Assembly: GCA_964592385.1 (NCBI GenBank)
Contig: CAZQEQ010000001.1
Coordinates: forward strand, 18,236 to 82,235
Reading direction: 5' to 3'
Length of the DNA stretch: 64,000 nt
Source: an uncultured candidatus Brocadiaceae bacterium
Lineage (GTDB): Bacteria > Planctomycetota > Brocadiia > SM23-32
Made by a program: the position numbers and the translations under genes. The notes beneath the pieces were generated by a model that was given only the letters and a program-made list of their open reading frames with translations, had not been told where the DNA came from and ran no database searches. Positions 56,334 to 64,000 of this stretch are shown one piece after another (the stretch's first letter is position 1; every line of letters begins with the position of its first letter).

Positions 56334-57215
56334 ATGCAGTCACAGATGTTCGGCGGCCCGTGGACGGAGGACAAGCTGGACGTCTTGCAGGGGTACCTGA
56401 ACGCCTATACGAAAGCACTGAAGAACATGCCATTCGAGTTGGTTTACATAGACGCTTTTGCCGGCACAGGTTACAGAGAGGAGAAAGCTCATGGCCCCAC
56501 TGGGAAGTCACTCTTCCCCGAGTTGACCGCGGGAGAGACTCAGGCTTTCCTGGCAGGTTCGGCTCGCAGGTCACTCATGATCGAGCGACCATTTGACCGT
56601 TACGTCTTCGTTGACAAGTCTCCCGCGAAGGCCGAGTTGCTCGAAGGTCTGCGGAGCGAATGGCCCGCGCTTGCGAGCCGCATCGAGGTGCTCCCCGAGG
56701 ACTGCAATACGTATCTGCAACGCGTCTGCAAGCACGGAGACTGGAGGGGCAGCAGAGCCGTGCTGTTCCTGGATCCATTTGGGATGCAGGTAGAATGGGA
56801 TACGATGGAAGCTGTGGCATCGACGCACGTCTTCGACGTGTGGATCCTCTTCCCCGTCAGTGCTGTGAACCGATTGCTGCGAAAGGATGCGAATATCTCC
56901 GCCGCCTGGAGAAACCGTTTGACAAAGCTCTTTGGGACCACCGCATGGTACAAAGAGCTCTACAGAGCGGACCATACCAGGCCCCTATTTGGTGGACGAA
57001 GCCAGCGCCGTACGAAGGTGCGCAGACTGCGGGACATCTGGCAGTACTACTACGACCGGCTTGCAGCCACGTTCAGCCGCGTCACAGACAGCCCCAAGTG
57101 GCTGCGGAACACGAAAAACACCCCTCTGTTCGTGTTCTGCTTTGGCGTGTCCAATCCTTCGTTGAAAGCTCAGGAGCTAGCCCTTAGAATCGCCGACTAC
57201 TTGCTAAAGGATTGA
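56334..57215 (+). CDS. three-Cys-motif partner protein TcmP-like
   Basis: The ATG at 56334 follows GGGAG. MQSQMFGGPWTEDKLDVLQGYLNAYTKAL..., YIDAFAGTGY and LFLDPFGMQVEW are present. It lies directly upstream (3-nt gap) of a DUF5131 gene, which is the defining context of the family as I remember it. GC is lower than in the flanks. Confidence 0.75.
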   Translation: MQSQMFGGPWTEDKLDVLQGYLNAYTKALKNMPFELVYIDAFAGTGYREEKAHGPTGKSLFPELTAGETQAFLAGSARRSLMIERPFDRYVFVDKSPAKAELLEGLRSEWPALASRIEVLPEDCNTYLQRVCKHGDWRGSRAVLFLDPFGMQVEWDTMEAVASTHVFDVWILFPVSAVNRLLRKDANISAAWRNRLTKLFGTTAWYKELYRADHTRPLFGGRSQRRTKVRRLRDIWQYYYDRLAATFSRVTDSPKWLRNTKNTPLFVFCFGVSNPSLKAQELALRIADYLLKD

Positions 57216-57218
57216 ACG

Positions 57219-57938
57219 ATGGCCCAGGAATCTAGCATTGAGTGGACAGACTCCACCTGGAACCCGGTTACGGGCTGCACGAAGATCAGCCCGGGCTGCG
57301 CGAACTGCTACGCCGAGCGGATGGCAAGACGCTTGCAGGCAATGGGCCAGCCCAACTACACAAACGGCTTCCGAGTGACGACTCATCCACATATGTTGGA
57401 GAAGCCGCTGGAATGGCGCCAGAGCCAGACGATCTTCGTGAACTCCATGAGCGACCTCTTCCACAAAGACGTGCCGGAAGACTTTATCCGCCGCACATTC
57501 GACATCATGGTCAGGGCTGATTGGCACCTGTTCCAGGTGCTCACGAAACGCTCAAGGCGGTTGGCCGCGATGGCCGCGTCCCTGCCGTGGCCAGAGAACA
57601 TCTGGGCCGGCGTAAGCGTGGAGAACGAGGACTACGTATCGCGGATGCACCATTTGCGCGAGCTGCCTGCTGCCGTTCGCTTCGTCTCCTTCGAGCCCCT
57701 GATCGGGCCGCTCACCGAACCCCACCTTGACGGCATAGATTGGGTGATAGTGGGAGGCGAATCGGGACCGGGCGCCCGGCCCATGGAACGCGGATGGGTC
57801 GTCGCCATCCGCGACGCGTGCCTGGAGGAGGGTGTCCCGTTCTTCTTCAAGCAATGGGGCGGCGTGCGCCGCAAGGAGGCCGGCCGCCTGCTGGACGGCA
57901 GGACTTGGGACGAGATGCCGGCCCTGTGCACAGTATAG
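57219..57938 (+). CDS. DUF5131 family protein (phage Gp37/Gp68, COG4422) with a Cx6Cx2C motif
   Basis: [66 protein letters not shown] and FFFKQWGG are hallmark blocks of PF07505. Confidence 0.88.
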   Translation: MAQESSIEWTDSTWNPVTGCTKISPGCANCYAERMARRLQAMGQPNYTNGFRVTTHPHMLEKPLEWRQSQTIFVNSMSDLFHKDVPEDFIRRTFDIMVRADWHLFQVLTKRSRRLAAMAASLPWPENIWAGVSVENEDYVSRMHHLRELPAAVRFVSFEPLIGPLTEPHLDGIDWVIVGGESGPGARPMERGWVVAIRDACLEEGVPFFFKQWGGVRRKEAGRLLDGRTWDEMPALCTV

Positions 57939-58045
57939 TGGTGATGCGCCGGCGGCCCCCGGCCCGTCATATCGGGTCTATCCGACCATGCCTTCTTCCG
58001 TCTCCGCCGTTCTCCCCGGTCTCGGCGTTCTCGGCGCTGATGCTG

Positions 58046-58867
58046 TTAGCGGCTGCTAAGTTGGGAGCGGAGGAGGGCTTCGAGCTGGTCGAGCGTCCGC
58101 GCGAAGCGCGCGCGGCCGCTCTCCGGGTCGGCCAGGCGGGGGTCCTCTTCCTCGCAGACACGGTGCGTGGCGCTGCGGCCCCGGAACGAGGCGTCGTCCA
58201 CGACGGCCCAGTCCAGGTTCTCCAGCGGCTCGGGCCGCGGCGGGAGCCTACCCAGGTCCACGTCGTCGGGGAAGTGGGCCATGAGCGTCTCGGTCTCCTC
58301 GAGTGTCGCGTGGCCCGAGCCGGAGTCGGGGTAGTTCTCGACGGGCGCGACGAGCAGGACGCGCGCGCGCCCCTCGCCGCCGTATTCGGTGCAGAGCCGG
58401 CGGATGACGGCGAGGTGGTTCTCGCCGCCGTGCCCGTTGACGATGACGATGGTCCTGAAGCCCCAGTTGCCGATGAGCAGGTCGAGCCAGTGCCGCAGGA
58501 CGAGGGCGAAGACCTCCTCGCGGAAGTAGAGGCTCGGGAGCGCGACCGAGGGGAAGTCCATCCCGACGACGTATTCGTCGCCGCCGAAGCCGATGTTGCG
58601 GAGCATCTCGGGGCTGCGCTCGCGTTCGGTGCCGGCGTAGAGCGTGGGGCAGACGACGCCGCCGAGCCGGAGGGCGAGTTCGGCGGCGGCCAGCTCGGCG
58701 CGCAGCGGGTCCACGCCGAAGGGCAGGTGCGGCCCGTGCCACTCCAGCGGGCCGACGGGCAGGAAGACCACCGGCGTCTCGGCCCTGCGGGCGAGTATCT
58801 CGTCCGGCCGCATGTGGTGAACGTGGACGCGCTCCGGCGCGTCACCGGACGGCTGCTCCAGGTCCAT
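58046..58867 (-). CDS. creatininase (creatinine amidohydrolase) family protein
   Basis: FLPVGPLEWHGPHLPFGVD and IVIVNGHGGEN. The ATG follows GGAGGGGGAA. Confidence 0.85.
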   Translation of the reverse strand: MDLEQPSGDAPERVHVHHMRPDEILARRAETPVVFLPVGPLEWHGPHLPFGVDPLRAELAAAELALRLGGVVCPTLYAGTERERSPEMLRNIGFGGDEYVVGMDFPSVALPSLYFREEVFALVLRHWLDLLIGNWGFRTIVIVNGHGGENHLAVIRRLCTEYGGEGRARVLLVAPVENYPDSGSGHATLEETETLMAHFPDDVDLGRLPPRPEPLENLDWAVVDDASFRGRSATHRVCEEEDPRLADPESGRARFARTLDQLEALLRSQLSSR

Positions 58868-58970
58868 CGTTCCCCCTCCGTCAGGGTCAGAGTCGGGGCA
58901 GGCCGATGCGCAGGGGACGTTCGCTCAATGTGAAGTCCTCCAGGGACGTGCGCAACCGGGAACCCCGTGT

Positions 58971-59002
58971 TCCCGACCCCCGGCGAGACGCCGGGGGCTA
59001 CC
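58971..59002. repeat. REP-like palindromic element, copy B
   Basis: TCCCGACCCCCGGCGAGACGCCGGGGGCTACC matches 31 of 32 positions with 61-92. The hairpin spans 58977-58997. Confidence 0.6.
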
Positions 59003-59007
59003 TCTAA

Positions 59008-59127
59008 CAGCCTATTGAAGAACTGGGCTCGGCCGCGCCGCCGCCAGATGCGAGCAGGTCAAGGCGCGAGGCCGCTGGCGTGCCCGCTGCGGCACGTCGA
59101 GGCCGAGCCCAGTTCTTCAACAGGCTG
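59008..59127. repeat. 27-bp inverted repeat flanking a 66-nt core (MITE-like or structured-RNA element)
   Basis: CAGCCTATTGAAGAACTGGGCTCGGCC (59008-59034) pairs with GGCCGAGCCCAGTTCTTCAACAGGCTG (59101-59127); 26 of 27 positions are complementary. An inner hairpin CGTGCC-CGCTGC-GGCACG is present. Confidence 0.65.
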
Positions 59128-59131
59128 CTAA

Positions 59132-59147
59132 GGGCAGGCGCCTGCCC
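59132..59147 (-). terminator. GC hairpin abutting the kinase stop codon (possible terminator)
   Basis: The palindrome GGGCAGGCGCCTGCCC lies directly after the TAG of the STK-WD40 gene. No clear U-tract follows. Confidence 0.3.
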
Positions 59148-62100
59148 TACTCCCGCCAGTCGGTGGCTTCCCAGACCCGCACGGTCCCGTCGCCGCTTCC
59201 CGACGCGACGAGCCGGCCGTCGGGCGAGAAGGCGACGGACCATATCCAGACGCCGTGTTCGGAGAGCGAGAGCACTTCCTGGGCGGTGTCAACGGCCCAG
59301 ATGCGGGCGACGGCGTCGTCGCCGCCCGAGACGAGCCTGAGCGCGTCGGGCGAGAAGGCGACGGACTTGACGAAGTTGGTGTGGCCTTTGAGCGTGGCGA
59401 CGCACTGGGCGGTCTCGGTATCCCAGAGCTTGACGACATTATCGTCGCCGGCCGACGCTATCAGCCGGCCGTCCGGCGAATAGGTCACGGCGCGCACCCA
59501 GCCGTCGTGGCCGCTGAGGACGTGGAGTTCCTCGCTCGTCTGGACGTCCCAGACGCGGACGGTCTTGTCCCGCCCGCAGGAAGCGAGCCGCCGGCCGTCA
59601 GGCGAGAAGGCGACGCACTGAACGGGGGCGGTATGGCCCTCTAGGAAGCCCATCGGCGTGGCGGACGCGACGTCCCACGTCCTGACGTGGTTGTCCCACG
59701 AGCCGGAGGCGATCAGGCTGCCGTCGGGGGAGAACTCAACCGAGCGAACGGGCTCCAGGTGCCCTTCGAGCACGTCAATCGCCTCGCCCGAGGCGGCGTC
59801 CCATATCGTGACCGTTCCGTCCCAGTTGCCCGACCCGACGAGCGTATCGTCCGGGGAGAAGTCGACGGAGGTGACCGTCTCCTGCCCGGCGCCGAACGCG
59901 GCCGTCTCGGTCGCGTCCTCCAGGTTCCATATCTTGATGGTGCCGTCCTGGCTGCCAGAGACCAGTTGCACGCCGTCCGACGCGAAGCCGATGGACGTGA
60001 CGGCGCCCTTGTGCCCGGCCAGGACGAGCGTCTCCGGCCTGGAGTGCTGCACGTCCCACAGCCTGGCCGTCCCGTCCATGCTGGCGGAGGCCACGAGCAC
60101 GCCGTCGGGCGAGACGGCAACGTCGAACACGGCGCCGGAGTGTCCCCTGAAGAGGCGCGTCTCTTTGAGCTGCGCCAGGTCCCACTGCCTGATGGTGCTG
60201 TCGTCCCCGCAGGAGACGAGCCACATCCCGGTCGAGTCGTAGGCTGCGGCATACACGGCGCCCGAATGCCCGGTCAGGGTCCCCAGCAGCCTTCCCGACG
60301 GGACGGCCCAGAGGCGCACCATCGCGTCCCAGCTTGTCGAAGCCATCTGGTCGCCGGCGGGCGAGAACGCTACGCAGTTGACGCCGTCGGTGTGAGCGTT
60401 GACCTCGACAATGGGGACGCCCGTCTCCAGGTCCAAAAGGCCCACTGTGCCGGTCTGGCCCAGCTCCCCGATCCCCCAGGCCAGGCACCGCCCGTCCGGC
60501 GAGAAAGCGACGGCCCCGACCGGGCCGGCGTGACCTGTCGATTGGAGTACCTCGGTGCCGCCTTCCACGTCCCACGTGCGGAGCGTGCAGTCATTCCCCC
60601 CGGTGGCAATGGTCCGGCCGTCGGGCGAGAAGGCAACGCAGAGCACGGCGTCGTCGTGCAGCAGCGGATCGGCTGCCTGCTTCCCGGTTGCTGCGTCCCA
60701 CAGCTTCACGGCGCCGTCCTCGCCGGCGGACGCCAGAAGCGCACCGTCCGGCGAAAAGGCCAGGGACGTGACCGGCCCCTCGTGGGCCGTGAGGGTCTCC
60801 TTCGAGCGGACTGAATCGGGGGACCAGATCTCGATGGTCCCGGCGGCGTCGCCCGAAGCGATCCACTGGCCGTCGGGCGAGAAGGCGATGGCCTGCACCT
60901 GAGCGGCGTGACGCGGGAAGGTGGCCAGCGCCATGTGGCAGAGGTAGTTCAGACGGCCCCACTCCCAGTGGCGGAGCCTGCGCGTGCAGTCGTCGAGGAG
61001 TTCCGCCGCCGTGTCGAACCGCAGGTCTTCGATCTTCTTGGCGGCCAGGCCGACGCTGGTGAAGTAGCTCTGCCTGAGCGTTTCGTTGCGCTCGGCCCTG
61101 ATCCAGAAGAACCCGACGGTCAGCGACCCGATCAGCAGCCCTGCCAGGGCCAGGGCCGAGTTCCTGAGCCTGCGCATGTGTTTGCGACGTCTGAGCCGCT
61201 CGGACTTCGCGGCCAGTATCCTCTGCCTGAGGGCGTCATGCTCGCCGACACCCTCATCCAGCAGGGAGAGCGCGAGGTCGAAATCGCCCTTCTCGTAAGC
61301 GTTCTCGGCGTACTCCGCCTTTGTCAGTTGCAGTGCGTCGCGGGCTTCGTCGTTCTCCTCCCAGAGTGTGAGCGCCGCTTCGAAACCGAACATGGCGCGC
61401 GCAAAGCTGTCGTAGTCCTGCTGGGCGCGCGCGGCGTCCAGGAACTCGCGGCTCTCCTCCACGAGCTTCATGCTCTGGGCGTGTTCCCTGTAGCCGCGAA
61501 TGGCCTCCTGGAACTCGCCGACGCTCTGGTGCCGGTCTTCGGTCCGCGCGCTCATGGCCTTCAGGGCAATGTCCACCAGTTCGCCCTTCTTGTCCGTGGG
61601 CCGTATCTCGTTCCTGGCGGCCGCCATGATGCACTGGAAGGGGGAGTCTGCCGTGTGGGGGGTAAGGCCGGTGACGATCCGGTACAGTATTCCGCCCAGC
61701 AGGTAGACGTCGCTACGCCTGCCGAGTCCGTCCGGCTTGCTGGTGGCCATCTCGGGCGCCATGTAGGCCGGCGTGCCGCCGAAGCCCGGCTCGCCGCCGT
61801 GCACGCGCATCTTGCTCTCGGGGTCCACGGGGACGGCCAGGCCCCAGTCCATCACCAGCACCTCGCCGAAGTCCCCGACCATGACGTTCTCGGGCTTCAG
61901 GTCCCGGTGTATCACGCCCCTGGAATGGGCAAAGGCCACGGCGTCGCTGACGCGCAGCAGTATCTCCAGGTTTTCGTCAAGGTCCATGCCGTCCAGGACG
62001 TCTTCCCACGCCTTCCCGCGGACCTTCTTCATCGTGTAGAAGACCTTGCCGAGCGCGTCCTGCTCGAGGGTATGGACGGGCACGATGTTGGGGTGGTCCA

Positions 62101-62500
62101 GATCGCCGGTGACAACGGCCTCTGCGGTGAAAGCGTCCTGGACCTTGTCGCCGGCCGATTGGCCGGGTCCTTTGAGCATCTTCAGCGCCACTTCCCGGTC
62201 CAGGGAGGTCTGCCGGGCCGTGTAAACCACTCCCATGCCTCCCTCGCCGATAACGCTGACGATCTGGAAGTCTCCGAGCCTCTCGCTGGCCTCAGCCGGT
62301 CGCGCCGCCGGTTGTGCTCCCGATACCAGGGTCGCCGCTTCCGAGTCCTGCGGCACGGAGCACTTCAGGGTCGCGCACATCGTCGTGGCCAGGTCGGCAA
62401 CGTCTTCCCACGCGGCCTTGACCGTCGCCTCCAGGTCGGACACGACCGTGACCTCTTCGCTCCGCCCAGGAGACTCGGGCTGTTTGCTGTCCGGGTCCAT
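59147..62500 (-). CDS. serine/threonine protein kinase with a TM segment and 14 WD40 repeats
   Basis: Kinase motifs GEGGMGVVY, VALKMLK, HRDLKPENVMV, DWGLA and APE. TM segment LALAGLLIGSLTVGFFWI. Fourteen repeats follow, ending in xxxWD-like dipeptides (VKLWDAA, LRTWDVE, ... VRVWEAT). The ATG follows GGGAGGAAG. Confidence 0.92.
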   Translation of the reverse strand: MDPDSKQPESPGRSEEVTVVSDLEATVKAAWEDVADLATTMCATLKCSVPQDSEAATLVSGAQPAARPAEASERLGDFQIVSVIGEGGMGVVYTARQTSLDREVALKMLKGPGQSAGDKVQDAFTAEAVVTGDLDHPNIVPVHTLEQDALGKVFYTMKKVRGKAWEDVLDGMDLDENLEILLRVSDAVAFAHSRGVIHRDLKPENVMVGDFGEVLVMDWGLAVPVDPESKMRVHGGEPGFGGTPAYMAPEMATSKPDGLGRRSDVYLLGGILYRIVTGLTPHTADSPFQCIMAAARNEIRPTDKKGELVDIALKAMSARTEDRHQSVGEFQEAIRGYREHAQSMKLVEESREFLDAARAQQDYDSFARAMFGFEAALTLWEENDEARDALQLTKAEYAENAYEKGDFDLALSLLDEGVGEHDALRQRILAAKSERLRRRKHMRRLRNSALALAGLLIGSLTVGFFWIRAERNETLRQSYFTSVGLAAKKIEDLRFDTAAELLDDCTRRLRHWEWGRLNYLCHMALATFPRHAAQVQAIAFSPDGQWIASGDAAGTIEIWSPDSVRSKETLTAHEGPVTSLAFSPDGALLASAGEDGAVKLWDAATGKQAADPLLHDDAVLCVAFSPDGRTIATGGNDCTLRTWDVEGGTEVLQSTGHAGPVGAVAFSPDGRCLAWGIGELGQTGTVGLLDLETGVPIVEVNAHTDGVNCVAFSPAGDQMASTSWDAMVRLWAVPSGRLLGTLTGHSGAVYAAAYDSTGMWLVSCGDDSTIRQWDLAQLKETRLFRGHSGAVFDVAVSPDGVLVASASMDGTARLWDVQHSRPETLVLAGHKGAVTSIGFASDGVQLVSGSQDGTIKIWNLEDATETAAFGAGQETVTSVDFSPDDTLVGSGNWDGTVTIWDAASGEAIDVLEGHLEPVRSVEFSPDGSLIASGSWDNHVRTWDVASATPMGFLEGHTAPVQCVAFSPDGRRLASCGRDKTVRVWDVQTSEELHVLSGHDGWVRAVTYSPDGRLIASAGDDNVVKLWDTETAQCVATLKGHTNFVKSVAFSPDALRLVSGGDDAVARIWAVDTAQEVLSLSEHGVWIWSVAFSPDGRLVASGSGDGTVRVWEATDWRE

Positions 62501-62693
62501 CTTCCTCCCGCCATTGCTGCAGAAGCGGCGTCCGCACGGGCTACATGTTTACCCGCCTGCCCAGGACAGTCAAGGAGATTTCCCGCGCGCCGGCCTCACC
62601 GTGGGCGCTCCCCAAACAGAAAAGGCCCCGGATCGCTCCGGGGCCTTGATGTCCCAGCACACCCGCAGCCGCCCCGCACAGGACGTCCCTGCG

Positions 62694-64000
62694 TCAGGGC
62701 TGCGTCAGTCGTCGAAGATGCTTTGCCAGGTTATCGCTCAGTTTTTCAAGCAGTATGCTCTGCTCCAGTTCGATGTCCTCGTCCTTCTGCCCGTTGTGGC
62801 TGACTCGAAGGACGCCCCCGGTGTCATTCAACTCGAACCGGCGCGCGTTGCGCCCGGGGGCTTCGACGGCGGACGGGTTGCGCCAGTTCAGTTCCTTCTC
62901 GCCGGTCTGGAGGGCAACCGTGCACAGGTTGAACTCCTTGCCGAGGTAGCACAGCAACTCCCACAGTTCCTCGACGCTGCGGGCATCCTCCATCTTCAAG
63001 CAGGTGATCTTCGCCACCAGGTTGTAGAGACGGTACTTCCTTCGGACGGCCAGGTTGAAATGGTCGCGGGCAAAGCGCAAGTAGCCGAACGCCCTGAACA
63101 TGACGGCCAGGGCGGCCAGCGTGATGATGAGCAAGACGCCGGTCTCCCGGTCCCTCCCATAGATGTGGAAGATCGCCACGGCAACGAACAGCAGCGTGAT
63201 CCCGTATGCCACGGCGATGGTGCCGCGATGGCCCAGGCCGGCCGCGAGAAGCTTGTGGTGGATGTGGGACCGGTCAGAGCTGAAGATCGGCTTGCCCTTG
63301 ACGAGCCGGCGCAGGACCGCCAGCGAGACGTCGAGCAGCGGGTAACCCAGCACGCAGACCGGGATGAGCATCAGCACCGTGGTCGGCCCCTTCATGCTGC
63401 TCTGAAGGGACACCACGGCGATGATAAACCCGATGAACAGGCTGCCCGTGTCGCCGAGGAAGATGCGCGCCGGAGGGAAGTTATATCGGAGGAACGCGGG
63501 CAGGGAACCGGCCATGATGGCCGCCAGCACCATCAAGTAGACGTGGCCGTACCGGTGAGCGATGACGAAGCTGACCCCGTAGACCAGCGCCCCAACGCCG
63601 GCCGCCAGGCCGTCCAGGCCGTCGATGAGGTTAAAGGCGTTCGTGACGGCCACTATCCAGAAAACCGTAACGGGCACGGCCGCCAGTCCCAGTTCGATGT
63701 TCCCCGCAAGGGGAAGGGTCACAGACCTGACCGGGCCCGAAACGACGCAGATAACGAGTGAGGCAACTATCTGCACCGAGAACTTCAGCGACGCATTGGC
63801 CCCCCGCAGGTCGTCGTAAACGCCCAGAAGCAGTATGAGAAAACCGGCGCCCAACAGCGCCATTACGTCGTCCTGAGCCCCGGCAAAGAAACGCTCCGAT
63901 ATCACGTTGGGCCACAGATACAGCAGCGCCACCCCCACGTACAAGGGGGCCGCCACTGCCAGACCGCCCAGCGTAGGCACGTTGGGCTGGCGCATGCGTC
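62694..64000 (-). CDS. MraY/WecA family polyprenyl-phosphate sugar-phosphate transferase (glycosyltransferase family 4), 5' end probably outside the window
   Basis: VYDDLRG, VTNAFNLIDGLDGLAAG and FLGDTGSLFIGF across multiple TM helices. A roughly 130-aa soluble C-terminal extension is present. The ORF reaches the window edge. Confidence 0.85.
   Translation of the reverse strand, partial: RMRQPNVPTLGGLAVAAPLYVGVALLYLWPNVISERFFAGAQDDVMALLGAGFLILLLGVYDDLRGANASLKFSVQIVASLVICVVSGPVRSVTLPLAGNIELGLAAVPVTVFWIVAVTNAFNLIDGLDGLAAGVGALVYGVSFVIAHRYGHVYLMVLAAIMAGSLPAFLRYNFPPARIFLGDTGSLFIGFIIAVVSLQSSMKGPTTVLMLIPVCVLGYPLLDVSLAVLRRLVKGKPIFSSDRSHIHHKLLAAGLGHRGTIAVAYGITLLFVAVAIFHIYGRDRETGVLLIITLAALAVMFRAFGYLRFARDHFNLAVRRKYRLYNLVAKITCLKMEDARSVEELWELLCYLGKEFNLCTVALQTGEKELNWRNPSAVEAPGRNARRFELNDTGGVLRVSHNGQKDEDIELEQSILLEKLSDNLAKHLRRLTQP

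Noticed and set aside
57940-58045. Recurrence of TGCGCCGG at 55694, 56056 and 57946 as possible boundaries of the low-GC islet.
   Set aside because: An 8-mer of this composition is expected to recur by chance in DNA of about two-thirds G+C, and there is no longer flanking identity.

Overview
High-GC (about two-thirds G+C by eye) bacterial chromosomal window. The content suggests a PVC/Planctomycetota-like organism: many PQQ-type beta-propellers, a WD40 Ser/Thr kinase, Gfo/Idh/MocA oxidoreductases and secreted glycoside hydrolases. That taxonomic guess is inference only. The core genes are clear: mutS, lpxK, a nucleoside hydrolase, thrC, an aminotransferase, cysK and tRNA-Lys. There is also a sigma-54 activator, a dense two-component/partner-switching cluster, and a roughly 12 kb LacI-controlled glycan-utilisation array. 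A D-threonate-type kinase/PdxA module and a large STK-WD40 protein are present as well. Three accessory patches stand out. (1) A low-GC islet at 55.5-58.0 kb has about 0.8 kb of structured non-coding DNA followed by a tightly coupled TcmP-like gene and a three-Cys DUF5131 (phage Gp37/Gp68) gene. To my knowledge this pair has no established function, and it is my best candidate for an undescribed nucleic-acid-modification or defence module. (2) A decayed integrative island (16.9-25.6 kb) lies between tRNA-Lys and a 34-nt direct repeat of its 3' end. It holds an integrase remnant fused to a GH4 gene fragment and several disrupted PQQ-propeller genes (two frameshifts, one in-frame TGA). (3) A HEPN/MNT toxin-antitoxin pair carries a frameshifted HEPN gene. 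REP-like palindromes and a 27-bp inverted-repeat element are also present. All family assignments come from motif recognition by eye and memory; no searches were run. The many long antisense ORFs are treated as high-GC artefacts.
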